Positions 55,370 through 64,000 of a stretch of 64,000 bases of DNA are shown one piece after another. A program made the translations under genes and the position numbers. Positions within the stretch are counted from its first letter, which is position 1. Every line of letters starts with the position of its first letter. The stretch comes from Patescibacteria group bacterium (GTDB lineage Bacteria; Acidobacteriota; Polarisedimenticolia; Gp22-AA2). A model generated the notes under the pieces. That model did not search any database, was not told the origin of the DNA, and was given only the letters and a program-made list of their open reading frames with translations. The stretch is from contig DASRAN010000007.1 in NCBI GenBank assembly GCA_035638115.1, forward strand, positions 5,215-69,214, written 5' to 3'.

Positions 55370-56012
55370 CGAACGCCGCCGGCACCAATAGCGGTGCCTC
55401 GAGCGCCGACCACGCCCCCGAGTCCTGTGCCATCGCGCGCAGCGCCCGGAAGTGATCGCCGTATCGATCGAGGGCCTCGCGAAACTCGTCCGGCCGCAGT
55501 CCCGGATATCGCCCGGCACGCGCTTGCTCCACGGTGTATCCCCAGGCGGCCGCCTCATAGAAGTGATGCTCGATCTCCGCGCCCGTCCGACGGGGCAGCG
55601 GCAGCGAGGTCGCCCCCGCCAGGTGGCGGGCGTGGAAATATTCGTGATCGAGGAGCAGGAGGGTCCACCCCTCGCTCCGGCCGGCGGCCAGGACGCCCGG
55701 GTCGTACAGGATGTCGTTGCGGGCGCCGGGACCGGCGAAAGGCGCGCTGACGGGCGTCGTCGGATCCTCGGCGCCGGGACGCACCAGCGCCATGTAGACG
55801 GACGCCTGCGAGCCGGCGGCGGGCGCGGGCAGCGGTCGCACCGATCCGACGTAGACCCTGAAATCGGAGTGCAGGGACTGCAGGAGCAGTTCGGCCGGGT
55901 CGGTCGAAAGGTCATCGATCGGGGCCGCGATCGAGTGTCCCTGGCGCGCCATCGCGATGAGAAGAGCCAGGCCCAGAACCCTTGCGCAACGCGGCGTTGA
56001 GCGGGATGGCAT
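55308..56012 (-). CDS. Secreted hypothetical protein with HExxH motif
   Basis: Signal peptide; LLDHEYFH; downstream FYEAAAWG. Confidence 0.6.
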   Translation of the reverse strand: MPSRSTPRCARVLGLALLIAMARQGHSIAAPIDDLSTDPAELLLQSLHSDFRVYVGSVRPLPAPAAGSQASVYMALVRPGAEDPTTPVSAPFAGPGARNDILYDPGVLAAGRSEGWTLLLLDHEYFHARHLAGATSLPLPRRTGAEIEHHFYEAAAWGYTVEQARAGRYPGLRPDEFREALDRYGDHFRALRAMAQDSGAWSALEAPLLVPAAFVRTIGSSSPEALSRPSGSGR

Positions 56013-56114
56013 GCCCGTTCAGGTACGCCGAAACCGGCGTCGGCTCAAGGGGCAACTGCGCCCGGCGAGCGGATTCCCCGCATGGGCGGACGGGCAGCGT
56101 GCTATAGTCGCGAA

Positions 56115-56630
56115 ATGCAGAAGCGCCTAGTCAGACACTCGGGGGCGTATACGAGTAACGCGCAGGTGGCCCGCCGTGTCTACCGTGCCTTGAAGACTCC
56201 CAGCGACGTCGATCGCACCACCGACCCCATCCTCGGCTTTCACTTCCGCGGGCGCGAGGACTACATCATGATGCGCTGCAACAAGAGCCCGGAAGTCAGC
56301 ATCAAGGGGAAGGGGCAGACGGCCGGGGAGGTCAAGTTTTTCGCCTACAGCGACTTCAAGGAGTGCAGCCCCGAGGACGTGATCTTCCGTCTCAAGGCGG
56401 ACCTGACGCTCATCGAGCTCTACGCCCGCGGCGCGATCGAGAAGCTGACCTGGACCGGCTGGGAGGAATTCTGCCGGTGGCTCGACGGTCTGCAGGAAGA
56501 GGGCGTGCAGATCTCCCTCAAGCTCCCCTGCCTGGTGTACGCGGCCGCCAAGGGGCAGAAGCCGTCGATGCAGAACTACATCGTCGAGGCGACCAAGGCC
56601 GCGCTCAAGCAGAACCCCCAGCAGGACTGA
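56115..56630 (+). CDS. Hypothetical protein with possible C-terminal ribbon-helix-helix
   Basis: TATAGT 6 nt before the ATG; host-like codon usage; C-terminal VQISLKLP...SMQNYIVEA. Confidence 0.7.
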   Translation: MQKRLVRHSGAYTSNAQVARRVYRALKTPSDVDRTTDPILGFHFRGREDYIMMRCNKSPEVSIKGKGQTAGEVKFFAYSDFKECSPEDVIFRLKADLTLIELYARGAIEKLTWTGWEEFCRWLDGLQEEGVQISLKLPCLVYAAAKGQKPSMQNYIVEATKAALKQNPQQD

Positions 56631-56786
56631 CCGCCGCGCGTTGGACCGCGTGCGTGCCTCTGCTATGATGACGCGCCCGCACGATGCGGGCTCCCATCGG
56701 TCGCGTGTCTTGCGGGTCTCCTGGGGGGCACCCGCGCACCACGAGCGGCCGCCCATCTCGGTGAGAGAGGCCTTCGGTCGATCGAC

Positions 56787-58649
56787 GTGAGCGCGCGGAG
56801 CCTCCTGGTCTTCCTCACACTGACGGCGATCGCGGCCGCCCCCGATGCGGCGCCGGCCGGCGCGGCGCGCGCGACGGCCGCCCCCGAGACCCCCGTTCCG
56901 ACCATCGCCACGTATCCCGCGGATCAGATCCATCCGGGTCTGCGCGGCGTCGCGCGGACGGTGTTCGAAGGTGATCGCCTGGAGGAATTCGAGGTCGAGT
57001 TCCTCGGCGTCCTCAAGAACGCCATCGGTCCGCAGCAGGACATGATCCTGGCGCGCCTGCACGGCGCGAAGGTGGAATTCACCGGCGTGGTCGCGGGGAT
57101 GAGCGGCAGTCCCGTGTACGTCGACGGACGTCTGGTCGGCGCGCTCTCGTACCGCATGGGGTCGTTCGCCAAGGAGCCGATCGCCGGCATCACGCCGATC
57201 GCCGACATGATCAAGCTCGCCGGCCGTGCCACCGCGGCGCCGGGACGCGCGGCGGCGCAGCCCGCTGCGGACGTGCTCGGCTGGCTGGCGCGCGGGGCCG
57301 ACCGATCCGCGCCGCCGGCGCTGCCAGGCGCGCGCGTGACGGCGGAGCTGGCGACCGGCGGCTCGGGATTCGAGCCGATCGGCACGCCGCTCGTCTGCGC
57401 CGGTTGCGACGCGGCGACGCTGAAGTACTACCTGCCGGGGTTCGAGCTCCTGGGCCTGCAGCCCGCCGCGGGCGGCGGCTCGGGAGTCGCGTCGAAGGAC
57501 CACAAGCCCGGACCGCTGGTGCCCGGATCGGCGATCGGCGCCGAGCTCGCGGGTGGCGACCTCAGCCTGGCGGCGATCGGGACCCTGACGCACATCGACG
57601 GCACGCACGTCTTCGCCTTCGGTCACCAGTTCACCGGGTTCGGTCCGGTCGAGATCCCGATGACCCAGGCGGAGGTCGTGCTGACGCTCGCCTCCCAGGC
57701 CGGGTCGTTCAAGCTCGCCAACGCCACCGAGCCGATCGGCACCGTCGTCGAGGACGGGCTCACGGCGATCATGGGCGAGATCGGGCGGATCCCGCCGACC
57801 TTGCCTCTCGAGGTGCGCGTCGAGGGGACGGGCGAGAAACGCGTCTTCCACTACGACGTGGTTCGCGACCGCACGCTCGGCCCGATGATCGCGGCGCTGA
57901 CCATGGCCCAGAGTCTGGTCCGCAGCACCGACTTCGACGCCGCCGCGACCGCGGCGCTCCATTGCCGCATCCAGCTCAAGGGCCGCCCCGACGTGACCTT
58001 CGACGATCTCTACGCCGGCACGAACCCCAATCAGCCGGTGCACCTGCTCCTGGCCAACGACGTCGGCGGCATCGTGGGTCTGCTCTCCAACAACCCGTTC
58101 GAGGATCCGGGTCTCGAGCGGATGAGCGTCGACGTGAAGCTCCTCGGTGCCGCGCAGATCGCCCAGATCACCTCCCTGAGCGCCTCGCGCGGCGAGGTGC
58201 GGCCCGGCGAGCCCTTCCAGGTGACGGCGACGATCGCCGCCTACCGCGGCAAGGAATCGAACGTCGCCTTCAACGTCACCCTTCCCGAGGACACACCCTC
58301 GGGCGACGTGCAGATCCTGGTGGGCGGTGCGGGGGCGATGGACGGACTCGATCGCCGGTTGATCGATCGGCAGCTGGCGCAGGCCGGCGGGCTGGACGAC
58401 ATCATCCGCCTGATCGGCCGCCAGCGGCGCAGCAACGCGCTCTACCTGCGCGTCACCCGGCGAGCGCCGACCGCGATCGTCCGCAGCGATCTCCTGCCCG
58501 AGCTGCCGTTGTCCGTCTTCAACGTCTTCAACAATCCGCGGCTGAGCGCCGACGCCACGCTGCTGCTCGAGGCTTCGATCGTGGAGATCTCGCGCGATGT
58601 CGATCTGGCGATGGTCGGTGGACGCCGCATCTCCCTGAAGGTCAAATGA
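56787..58649 (+). CDS. SpoIVB peptidase S55 domain-containing protein
   Basis: Signal peptide; GVVAGMSGSPVYVDGRLVGALSY, AGITPIADM, AFGHQF. Confidence 0.9.
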   Translation: MSARSLLVFLTLTAIAAAPDAAPAGAARATAAPETPVPTIATYPADQIHPGLRGVARTVFEGDRLEEFEVEFLGVLKNAIGPQQDMILARLHGAKVEFTGVVAGMSGSPVYVDGRLVGALSYRMGSFAKEPIAGITPIADMIKLAGRATAAPGRAAAQPAADVLGWLARGADRSAPPALPGARVTAELATGGSGFEPIGTPLVCAGCDAATLKYYLPGFELLGLQPAAGGGSGVASKDHKPGPLVPGSAIGAELAGGDLSLAAIGTLTHIDGTHVFAFGHQFTGFGPVEIPMTQAEVVLTLASQAGSFKLANATEPIGTVVEDGLTAIMGEIGRIPPTLPLEVRVEGTGEKRVFHYDVVRDRTLGPMIAALTMAQSLVRSTDFDAAATAALHCRIQLKGRPDVTFDDLYAGTNPNQPVHLLLANDVGGIVGLLSNNPFEDPGLERMSVDVKLLGAAQIAQITSLSASRGEVRPGEPFQVTATIAAYRGKESNVAFNVTLPEDTPSGDVQILVGGAGAMDGLDRRLIDRQLAQAGGLDDIIRLIGRQRRSNALYLRVTRRAPTAIVRSDLLPELPLSVFNVFNNPRLSADATLLLEASIVEISRDVDLAMVGGRRISLKVK

Positions 58650-60880
58650 CGCCGACATCGTCCACCCTGCACCGCGTGTTCACGGCGGCGGTCGCCGCCG
58701 TCGTGCTGTCCGCCGGCCTTCTGGCCCCGCCCCTCGGCGCGGTCTCGTCGCGCACCTGGAAGCAGCGGGAGCGCTCCGAATTCGATCAGGGGGAGCCGCA
58801 CGGCGTCGCCCTCTCCGCCGACGGTCCGATCCGCCTGGGCTCGCGACTCGACACGCTCGCGCCGTCGGACCAGCCCTACCTCTGGGCGGTGGCGGCCGAC
58901 GCGAAGGGCGTCCTGTACGCCGCCGGCGGCAACGAAGGGCGCATCGACCGGATCCAGCCCGACGGCAAGAGCGCGGCGTTCTTCAAGGTGGAGGAGCCGG
59001 AGGTCCAGTCCCTCGCCGTCGACGCTGCGGGCGCCCTGTACGCCGGGACGGCGCCGGGAGGGAAGGTCTACAAGATCGGCGCGGACGGAAAGCGGATCTG
59101 GGTGGCGGAGACGGGGGAGAGCTACGTCTGGTCGCTGCTCTTCGATCGCCACGGGTCGTTGTTCGCCGCGACCGGCACGCGCGGCCGCGTCGTGAAGATC
59201 AACCCGGACGGCAGCACGCACCTCTATTTCGACAGCGCCGAGACCCACATCCGCACCCTCGCGCTCGACGCGCAGGGCGATCTGCTGGCCGGGACCGACG
59301 GCCACGGGCTGATCATGAAGATCACCTCGGAAGCCCATGGGACGGTGCTGTACGACGCGCCGCTGGCCGAGGTGACCGCGCTCGCCCCCGCTCCCGACGG
59401 CACCATCTACGCCGCGGTCGCGGGCGAAGCGGGCGGACGTCCGTCGCGCCCGGCGCCGCAACCCCCGCCGGGCCGGCCCAACGCGCCCGACGGCGGCGAG
59501 CCGCCGCCGGCGCCCCAGCCGCCGCCGCCCGACAATCCGCAGCCGGGGAGCGCGCCGGAGCAGCGCGTCACCGTCGGCATGGAGGGGAAGGTGCTGGCGA
59601 TCTCGCCGGACGGCTACGCCCGCGAGGTCTGGTCGGCCGGCCAGGAGATCATCCTCAGCCTGGCGGTCCAGCGTGACGGATCGCTCCTGATGGGTTCAGG
59701 CAGCCAGGGACGTCTGTACGTCGTCGATTCGCGACGGAACGTGAGCGAGGTGGCCCGCTCCGCCTCGTCGCAGGTGACCGCGCTCCTGCGTCGTTCCGCC
59801 ACGGGCGGAAAGGGAGACGAGATCGTCGTGGCGGGGAGCAACCTGGGCAGCCTGTCGATCCTCAAGCCGGGATACGCGGAGAAGGGGGAGTTCCAGTCGA
59901 AGCCGCTCGACGCCCAGTCGTTTGCGCAGTGGGGGCGCGCGGCCTGGCGCGGCGACGTGCCCCCCGGAACCTCGATCACCCTGCAGGCGCGCAGCGGCAA
60001 CACCGACCCGCCCGATCGCACCTGGAGCGAGTGGGGGGCCGAGCTGACCGACCCCCACGGCAGCCTCCTCGACTGCCCGCCGGCGCGTTTCCTCCAGTGG
60101 CGCGCGCTCCTGAAGAGCGGCGGCGGCGAGAAGAGCCCGGAGCTGCGCGAGGTCGACGTCGTCTACATGCAGCGCAACCTGCCGCCGGAGTTCCGCAAGC
60201 TCGAGGTCCTGCCTCCTGGGGTGTCGCTGCAGGCGATCCCCGCGCCGCCGCCTTCGCCCGAGGCCAAGGCGTCGGGGGGCGACACGGACAGCGGGCGGCA
60301 CCGGTCCCGGCCCCAGTCGCGCCGCGGATTCGATCCCGGCGCGCGCAGCGTGACCTGGCAGGTCTCCGACCCGAACGACGACGACCTGACCTACGACGTG
60401 CAGTTCAAGGAGATCGGCGATCGGGCCTGGCGGACGATCCGCACCGGGATCGACGAGGACTTCGTCAGCTTCGACGGCTCGACGCTGCCGGACGGGACCT
60501 ACGTCGTGCGCGTGGTCGCCAGCGACGCCGTCTCGAATCCCGCCGGGCTGGCGTTGACCGCCGAGAAGCTGTCGCCGCCGTTCGACGTCGACAACACCCC
60601 GCCGCGCATCGATCACCTCAAGGCGCGCGTCGAGGGCGGCAAGCTGCACGTCAGCTTCACGGCCGCCGACGGATTCAGCGTCCTGCGCGAAGCGTCCTAC
60701 TCGGTCGACGCGGGGGACTGGATCCTCGCCCGGCCGGTCGACGGCCTGAGCGATTCGGGCTCCGAGGATTACGATGTCGCGGCGCCGGCGCCCGGCGCGG
60801 GGGAGCACAGCATCGTCGTGCGGGTCCCCGACGCCGTGGGCAACGTCGGTTCGGGGCGGATCGTGGTCGAGGTGCCCTGA
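58646..60880 (+). CDS. Exported beta-propeller (WD40/NHL-like) protein with C-terminal Ig/FN3-like domains
   Basis: Repeated propeller blades (YLWAVAAD, YVWSLLFD, HIRTLALD), RSGNT..PD..WSEW, VDNTPP; ATGA overlap with the S55 gene. Confidence 0.8.
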   Translation: MTPTSSTLHRVFTAAVAAVVLSAGLLAPPLGAVSSRTWKQRERSEFDQGEPHGVALSADGPIRLGSRLDTLAPSDQPYLWAVAADAKGVLYAAGGNEGRIDRIQPDGKSAAFFKVEEPEVQSLAVDAAGALYAGTAPGGKVYKIGADGKRIWVAETGESYVWSLLFDRHGSLFAATGTRGRVVKINPDGSTHLYFDSAETHIRTLALDAQGDLLAGTDGHGLIMKITSEAHGTVLYDAPLAEVTALAPAPDGTIYAAVAGEAGGRPSRPAPQPPPGRPNAPDGGEPPPAPQPPPPDNPQPGSAPEQRVTVGMEGKVLAISPDGYAREVWSAGQEIILSLAVQRDGSLLMGSGSQGRLYVVDSRRNVSEVARSASSQVTALLRRSATGGKGDEIVVAGSNLGSLSILKPGYAEKGEFQSKPLDAQSFAQWGRAAWRGDVPPGTSITLQARSGNTDPPDRTWSEWGAELTDPHGSLLDCPPARFLQWRALLKSGGGEKSPELREVDVVYMQRNLPPEFRKLEVLPPGVSLQAIPAPPPSPEAKASGGDTDSGRHRSRPQSRRGFDPGARSVTWQVSDPNDDDLTYDVQFKEIGDRAWRTIRTGIDEDFVSFDGSTLPDGTYVVRVVASDAVSNPAGLALTAEKLSPPFDVDNTPPRIDHLKARVEGGKLHVSFTAADGFSVLREASYSVDAGDWILARPVDGLSDSGSEDYDVAAPAPGAGEHSIVVRVPDAVGNVGSGRIVVEVP

Positions 60881-60887
60881 CCCCGCC

Positions 60888-63233
60888 TCACTCGCGGCGG
60901 AACCAGTTCAAGAGACGACGGGCCCAGGAGACGAACGGGCGATTGTGCTCGCACTCCTCGGTCGGCGCGCTCCCCTCGATGAAGGTCTCGTCGACCTTGT
61001 CGGGGCAGTGCCAGCCCGCCAGCTTTCCGGTGGTCGGATCGATCTCGGCGCGGACCAGGCCCTCCGGCTCCTCCCACTTGAGGTCGCCGTTGATCCCCGC
61101 CCCGCGGGCCAGATCGGCCCAGATCGGCAGGGCGAGCACCGACCCGCCCATGCGCAGCGGCCGGTTGTTGTCGAAGCCGACCCAGACCAGCGCCAGGAAG
61201 TCGGGACTGAATCCGGCGAACCAGGCGTCGCGGCCGTCGTCGGTCGTCCCTGTCTTGCCGGCGAAATCTCCGGTCAGGCTCCAGGCGCCGACGCTCGCGC
61301 CGGTGCCGTAACGCAGCACGTCGCGCATCAGGTCGAGGGTGAGCCAGGCGGCCTGCGGTGTGGCGGCGCGACCGGCGGCCGGCGGCGGGACGTCGATCGG
61401 ATGTCCCTGCTCGTCGAGGATCGCGTCGATGGCGCGCGGACCGACGCGCGCCCCGAGGTTCGCGAAGGTCGTGTAGGCCGACGCGATCTCGAGCGGCGTG
61501 ACCTCGAACGTCCCCAGCGCCAGCGAGGGCACCGGCTCGAGGGGGCTCTCGATGCCGCAGCGGCGCGCGGTGCGGACGACCTCGTTCAGGCCGATGTCCT
61601 GCGCCACGCGGATGGTCGGCACGTTGAGACTGTTGGCGAGCGCCTGCCTGGCGGTCACGGGGCCCCTGTACTGCTCGTCGAAATCGTGCGGCGACCACAC
61701 CTTCCCCGACACCACCATCTCGAGCGGCGAATCGTCGAGCACCGTGGCGGGGGTGAAGCGGCTGTCGGATTCGCGCTGCGAGAGCGCGAAGCCGGCGAGA
61801 TAGACGAACGGCTTGAAGAGCGATCCCGGCTGCCGGTGCGCCTGCGCGGCCCGGTTGAACTGCGTCTGCCGGTAATCGCGCCCGCCGACCATCGCCAGGA
61901 TGGCCCCGTCCGACGGCCGCAGCGCCACGACGGCGCCCTCGATCGCCCCGCCCGGCAGCGGCCGCAGGTGCCGGTAGGCGCGCTCGTCGTCGGCCAGCCG
62001 CTTCTCGAGCGCCGTCTCGGCGCGCTCCTGCAGCAACGGATCGAGCGTGGTGAAGACACGCAGCCCGCCGGCGTTGCCCTCGAGCACGCCGGCGTTCTTC
62101 AGCACCTCGGCGACGTAGTCGACGAAGTAGGGCGCCTGGCGGGGATCGTGCGACGGCTCCGGTCTCAGACGCAGCGGCGTCGTGGCGGCGGCGCGCTCCT
62201 CGGCGGCGCTGATGAACCCTTCCTCGCGCATCAGCCGAAGCACGAGGTTCCGGCGATCGACCGCCGCGTCGGGATGGCGATACGGGTGGTACCGTCCTGG
62301 CGACTGGATGAGCCCGGCCAGGAGCGCCGACTCCGGAAGGTCGAGGTAGCGCGCCTCCTTGCCGAAGTAGTGGCGCGAGGCGGCGCCGACGCCGAGGATG
62401 GCGTACGGTCCGCGCTGCGCGAGGTAGATCTCGTTCAGGTAGCGCTCCAGGATCTCGTCCTTGCTGTGCGCCAGCTCCAAGGCGATCGCCGCCAGGCTCT
62501 CCCAGACCTTCAGAGTCAGCGTCCGGCTCTCCTGGTCCTGGTAGAGGTTCTTGGCGAGCTGTTGCGTGATGGTGCTGCCGCCCTGGACCACCTCGCCCTC
62601 GTGCAGGTTGGCCATCAGGGCGCGGGCGACGCCGCGCAGGTCGATGCCCGGATGCTGCGCGAAGCGCCGATCCTCGACGGCGATGACCGCCTGGCGCAGG
62701 GCGGCCGGGGTCTCGTCCAGGCGGATCGGCGCCCGCTCCTCGTGCGCTCCGCCCGACAGGAGCCCGAGCGGCTCGGGCTCGAGCGCGGCGTCCACGACGT
62801 CCTGGCCGGTGGCCAGGTCTTCCACCGCGTGGATCCCGTCCGAGCCGATCCGCACGCGCACCAGCCGCTCCGGCACCGTCCCGTGCGGTCCCTCGAACCG
62901 GTTGAGGGCGATCTCCCAGCCGCGGAACCGCCGGGCGTACTCGCCGGGCGTCGCCGGGTGCCCTTCGACCTTGCGGTATCCCAGCCGGGTGAGACGCTCG
63001 ACGAGATCACCCGGTGTGAGCGGTGTGCCTTCGCGCAGGGGGAAGGCGAGCGACTCGACCCGAACCGGTGCGGGCGGCCCGTGCCGCGCGAACCGCCAGT
63101 TGGCGTCGAGGAAGGCGACGGTCATGGCGCCGGCGAGGACGACGGCGAGCCCGAGCGGGGCGAGAAGGAGCCAGCGGCGCGTCCTGCGCCGTCCGCCCGG
63201 CCGACTCCCTCGCTGGTTCGCGGCGTTGTCCAT
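60888..63233 (-). CDS. mrcB: Class A penicillin-binding protein, PBP1B type with UB2H domain
   Basis: TM anchor, LTRLGY..PGEY (UB2H), AVEDRRF, GGSTITQQLAKN, YLNEIY, QPGSLFKP (SxxK), SLN, GKTGT. Confidence 0.93.
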   Translation of the reverse strand: MDNAANQRGSRPGGRRRTRRWLLLAPLGLAVVLAGAMTVAFLDANWRFARHGPPAPVRVESLAFPLREGTPLTPGDLVERLTRLGYRKVEGHPATPGEYARRFRGWEIALNRFEGPHGTVPERLVRVRIGSDGIHAVEDLATGQDVVDAALEPEPLGLLSGGAHEERAPIRLDETPAALRQAVIAVEDRRFAQHPGIDLRGVARALMANLHEGEVVQGGSTITQQLAKNLYQDQESRTLTLKVWESLAAIALELAHSKDEILERYLNEIYLAQRGPYAILGVGAASRHYFGKEARYLDLPESALLAGLIQSPGRYHPYRHPDAAVDRRNLVLRLMREEGFISAAEERAAATTPLRLRPEPSHDPRQAPYFVDYVAEVLKNAGVLEGNAGGLRVFTTLDPLLQERAETALEKRLADDERAYRHLRPLPGGAIEGAVVALRPSDGAILAMVGGRDYRQTQFNRAAQAHRQPGSLFKPFVYLAGFALSQRESDSRFTPATVLDDSPLEMVVSGKVWSPHDFDEQYRGPVTARQALANSLNVPTIRVAQDIGLNEVVRTARRCGIESPLEPVPSLALGTFEVTPLEIASAYTTFANLGARVGPRAIDAILDEQGHPIDVPPPAAGRAATPQAAWLTLDLMRDVLRYGTGASVGAWSLTGDFAGKTGTTDDGRDAWFAGFSPDFLALVWVGFDNNRPLRMGGSVLALPIWADLARGAGINGDLKWEEPEGLVRAEIDPTTGKLAGWHCPDKVDETFIEGSAPTEECEHNRPFVSWARRLLNWFRRE

Positions 63234-63327
63234 GGTCGTGGTCCCGCCGGTCCCGCCGGCGCGTCGCGGCTAGTCTAGGAGCCTGGGCGGGAAATATCCA
63301 GGGTCGCGGGCCTCAGCGCGGCCGCGA

Positions 63328-64000
63328 TCAGCTGGCGTCGTCGGGCGTCGAGGGAGGCTCGGGCCCGTCCTCGTACGAGGCTTTGAAGATCGTCGAGAGA
63401 TCCCCGGACAGGATGTCGTCCGGGATCGAGGCGCGATCGAGGATGACCTTGTTGCGGGTCGTCTGCTTGGCGCGATAGAGCGCCGCGTCGGCGGCGCGGA
63501 TGAAGTCCGCCTCCGTGCGCACCGACTGGTTGGCGGGGATCGACGCCAGGCCGATGCTGACCGTGATGCGCACCAGGAACTCCCGGTGCCGGTAGACGTG
63601 CTCCTCCGCCGCCTTGCGCACGCGCTCGGCCACGACGGCGGCGCGGATGCCGTCGGTGTTGGGCAGGATGATGAGGAACTCCTCGCCCCCGTAGCGGCCC
63701 ACGATGTCGATCTCCCGGGCGTTATCGAGCAGCACCTTGGCGAATTCCGCCAGGATCTGATCACCGCAGTCGTGGCCGTACTTGTCGTTCACCTGCTTGA
63801 AGTGATCGAGGTCGATCATCATGAGCGACAGCGGCGTGCCATAGCGCCGGGCCCGCTTGAACTCCTCCGCCAGACGGCGCCGCAGGTAGCGGTCGTTCAG
63901 GAGGTTGGTGCGATCGTCGGTGACCGACAGCTTCAGCAGCTTCTCGTTGGCGTCCCGGAGCTGCCGGTTGGCGCGCTCGAGGGAGGTGTAGAGGTAGCGC
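63328..64000 (-). CDS. Diguanylate cyclase, C-terminal part (5' end outside the window)
   Basis: Coiled coil, TDDRTNLLN, MIDLDHFKQVNDKYGH, REID I-site, RYGGEEF intact. Confidence 0.92.
   Translation of the reverse strand, partial: RYLYTSLERANRQLRDANEKLLKLSVTDDRTNLLNDRYLRRRLAEEFKRARRYGTPLSLMMIDLDHFKQVNDKYGHDCGDQILAEFAKVLLDNAREIDIVGRYGGEEFLIILPNTDGIRAAVVAERVRKAAEEHVYRHREFLVRITVSIGLASIPANQSVRTEADFIRAADAALYRAKQTTRNKVILDRASIPDDILSGDLSTIFKASYEDGPEPPSTPDDAS

Noticed and set aside
50935-55455. Very long alternative-frame and antisense ORFs (also 1555-3399, 8637-10421, 30190-32334, 56127-58658 and others)
   Set aside because: Stop-codon scarcity in ~70% GC DNA; no recognisable motifs, and they lie over well-supported genes.

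Overview
High-GC (~70%) bacterial chromosome segment; the gene content (S55 peptidase/beta-propeller pair, DUF507 pair with selB, many TPR and Ser/Thr kinase genes) suggests Acidobacteriota, which is inference. Most of the window is housekeeping or accessory metabolism: a cobalamin riboswitch at the left edge, DUF885, arsC, tatD, metG, larC, APC permease, amidohydrolase, an M16 peptidase pair, type II asparaginase, TlpA, hflX, ddl, HNH, rhomboid, a sigma70-family factor, selB, tatA, UbiD, outer-membrane proteins, a NitT/TauT ABC transporter, PBP1B and a GGDEF protein. The most striking structure is at 39.0-52.3 kb. Two giant paralogous kinase-(NTPase)-TPR-GAF-sigma54 enhancer-binding proteins (EBPs), one typical in GC and one markedly low-GC and diverged, flank a 90-aa secreted peptide gene ending TATWGGGGRCGLGGC. 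The peptide gene has its own -24/-12 sigma54 promoter, repeated TGAGAC/GTCTCA enhancer-like sites and a terminator. A third, sensor-poor EBP at 28.6-30.0 kb has an almost identical sigma54 promoter, related TGTGAC/GTCACA sites, and an HTH closely matching that of the low-GC EBP. Together these suggest a peptide-linked sigma54 signalling cascade (inference). A second possible peptide-sensing locus (Xre HTH + TPR + secreted protein with a duplicated GGTDVPI motif) lies at 20.4-22.6 kb. No CRISPR array, tRNA, rRNA, transposase or integrase was recognised.
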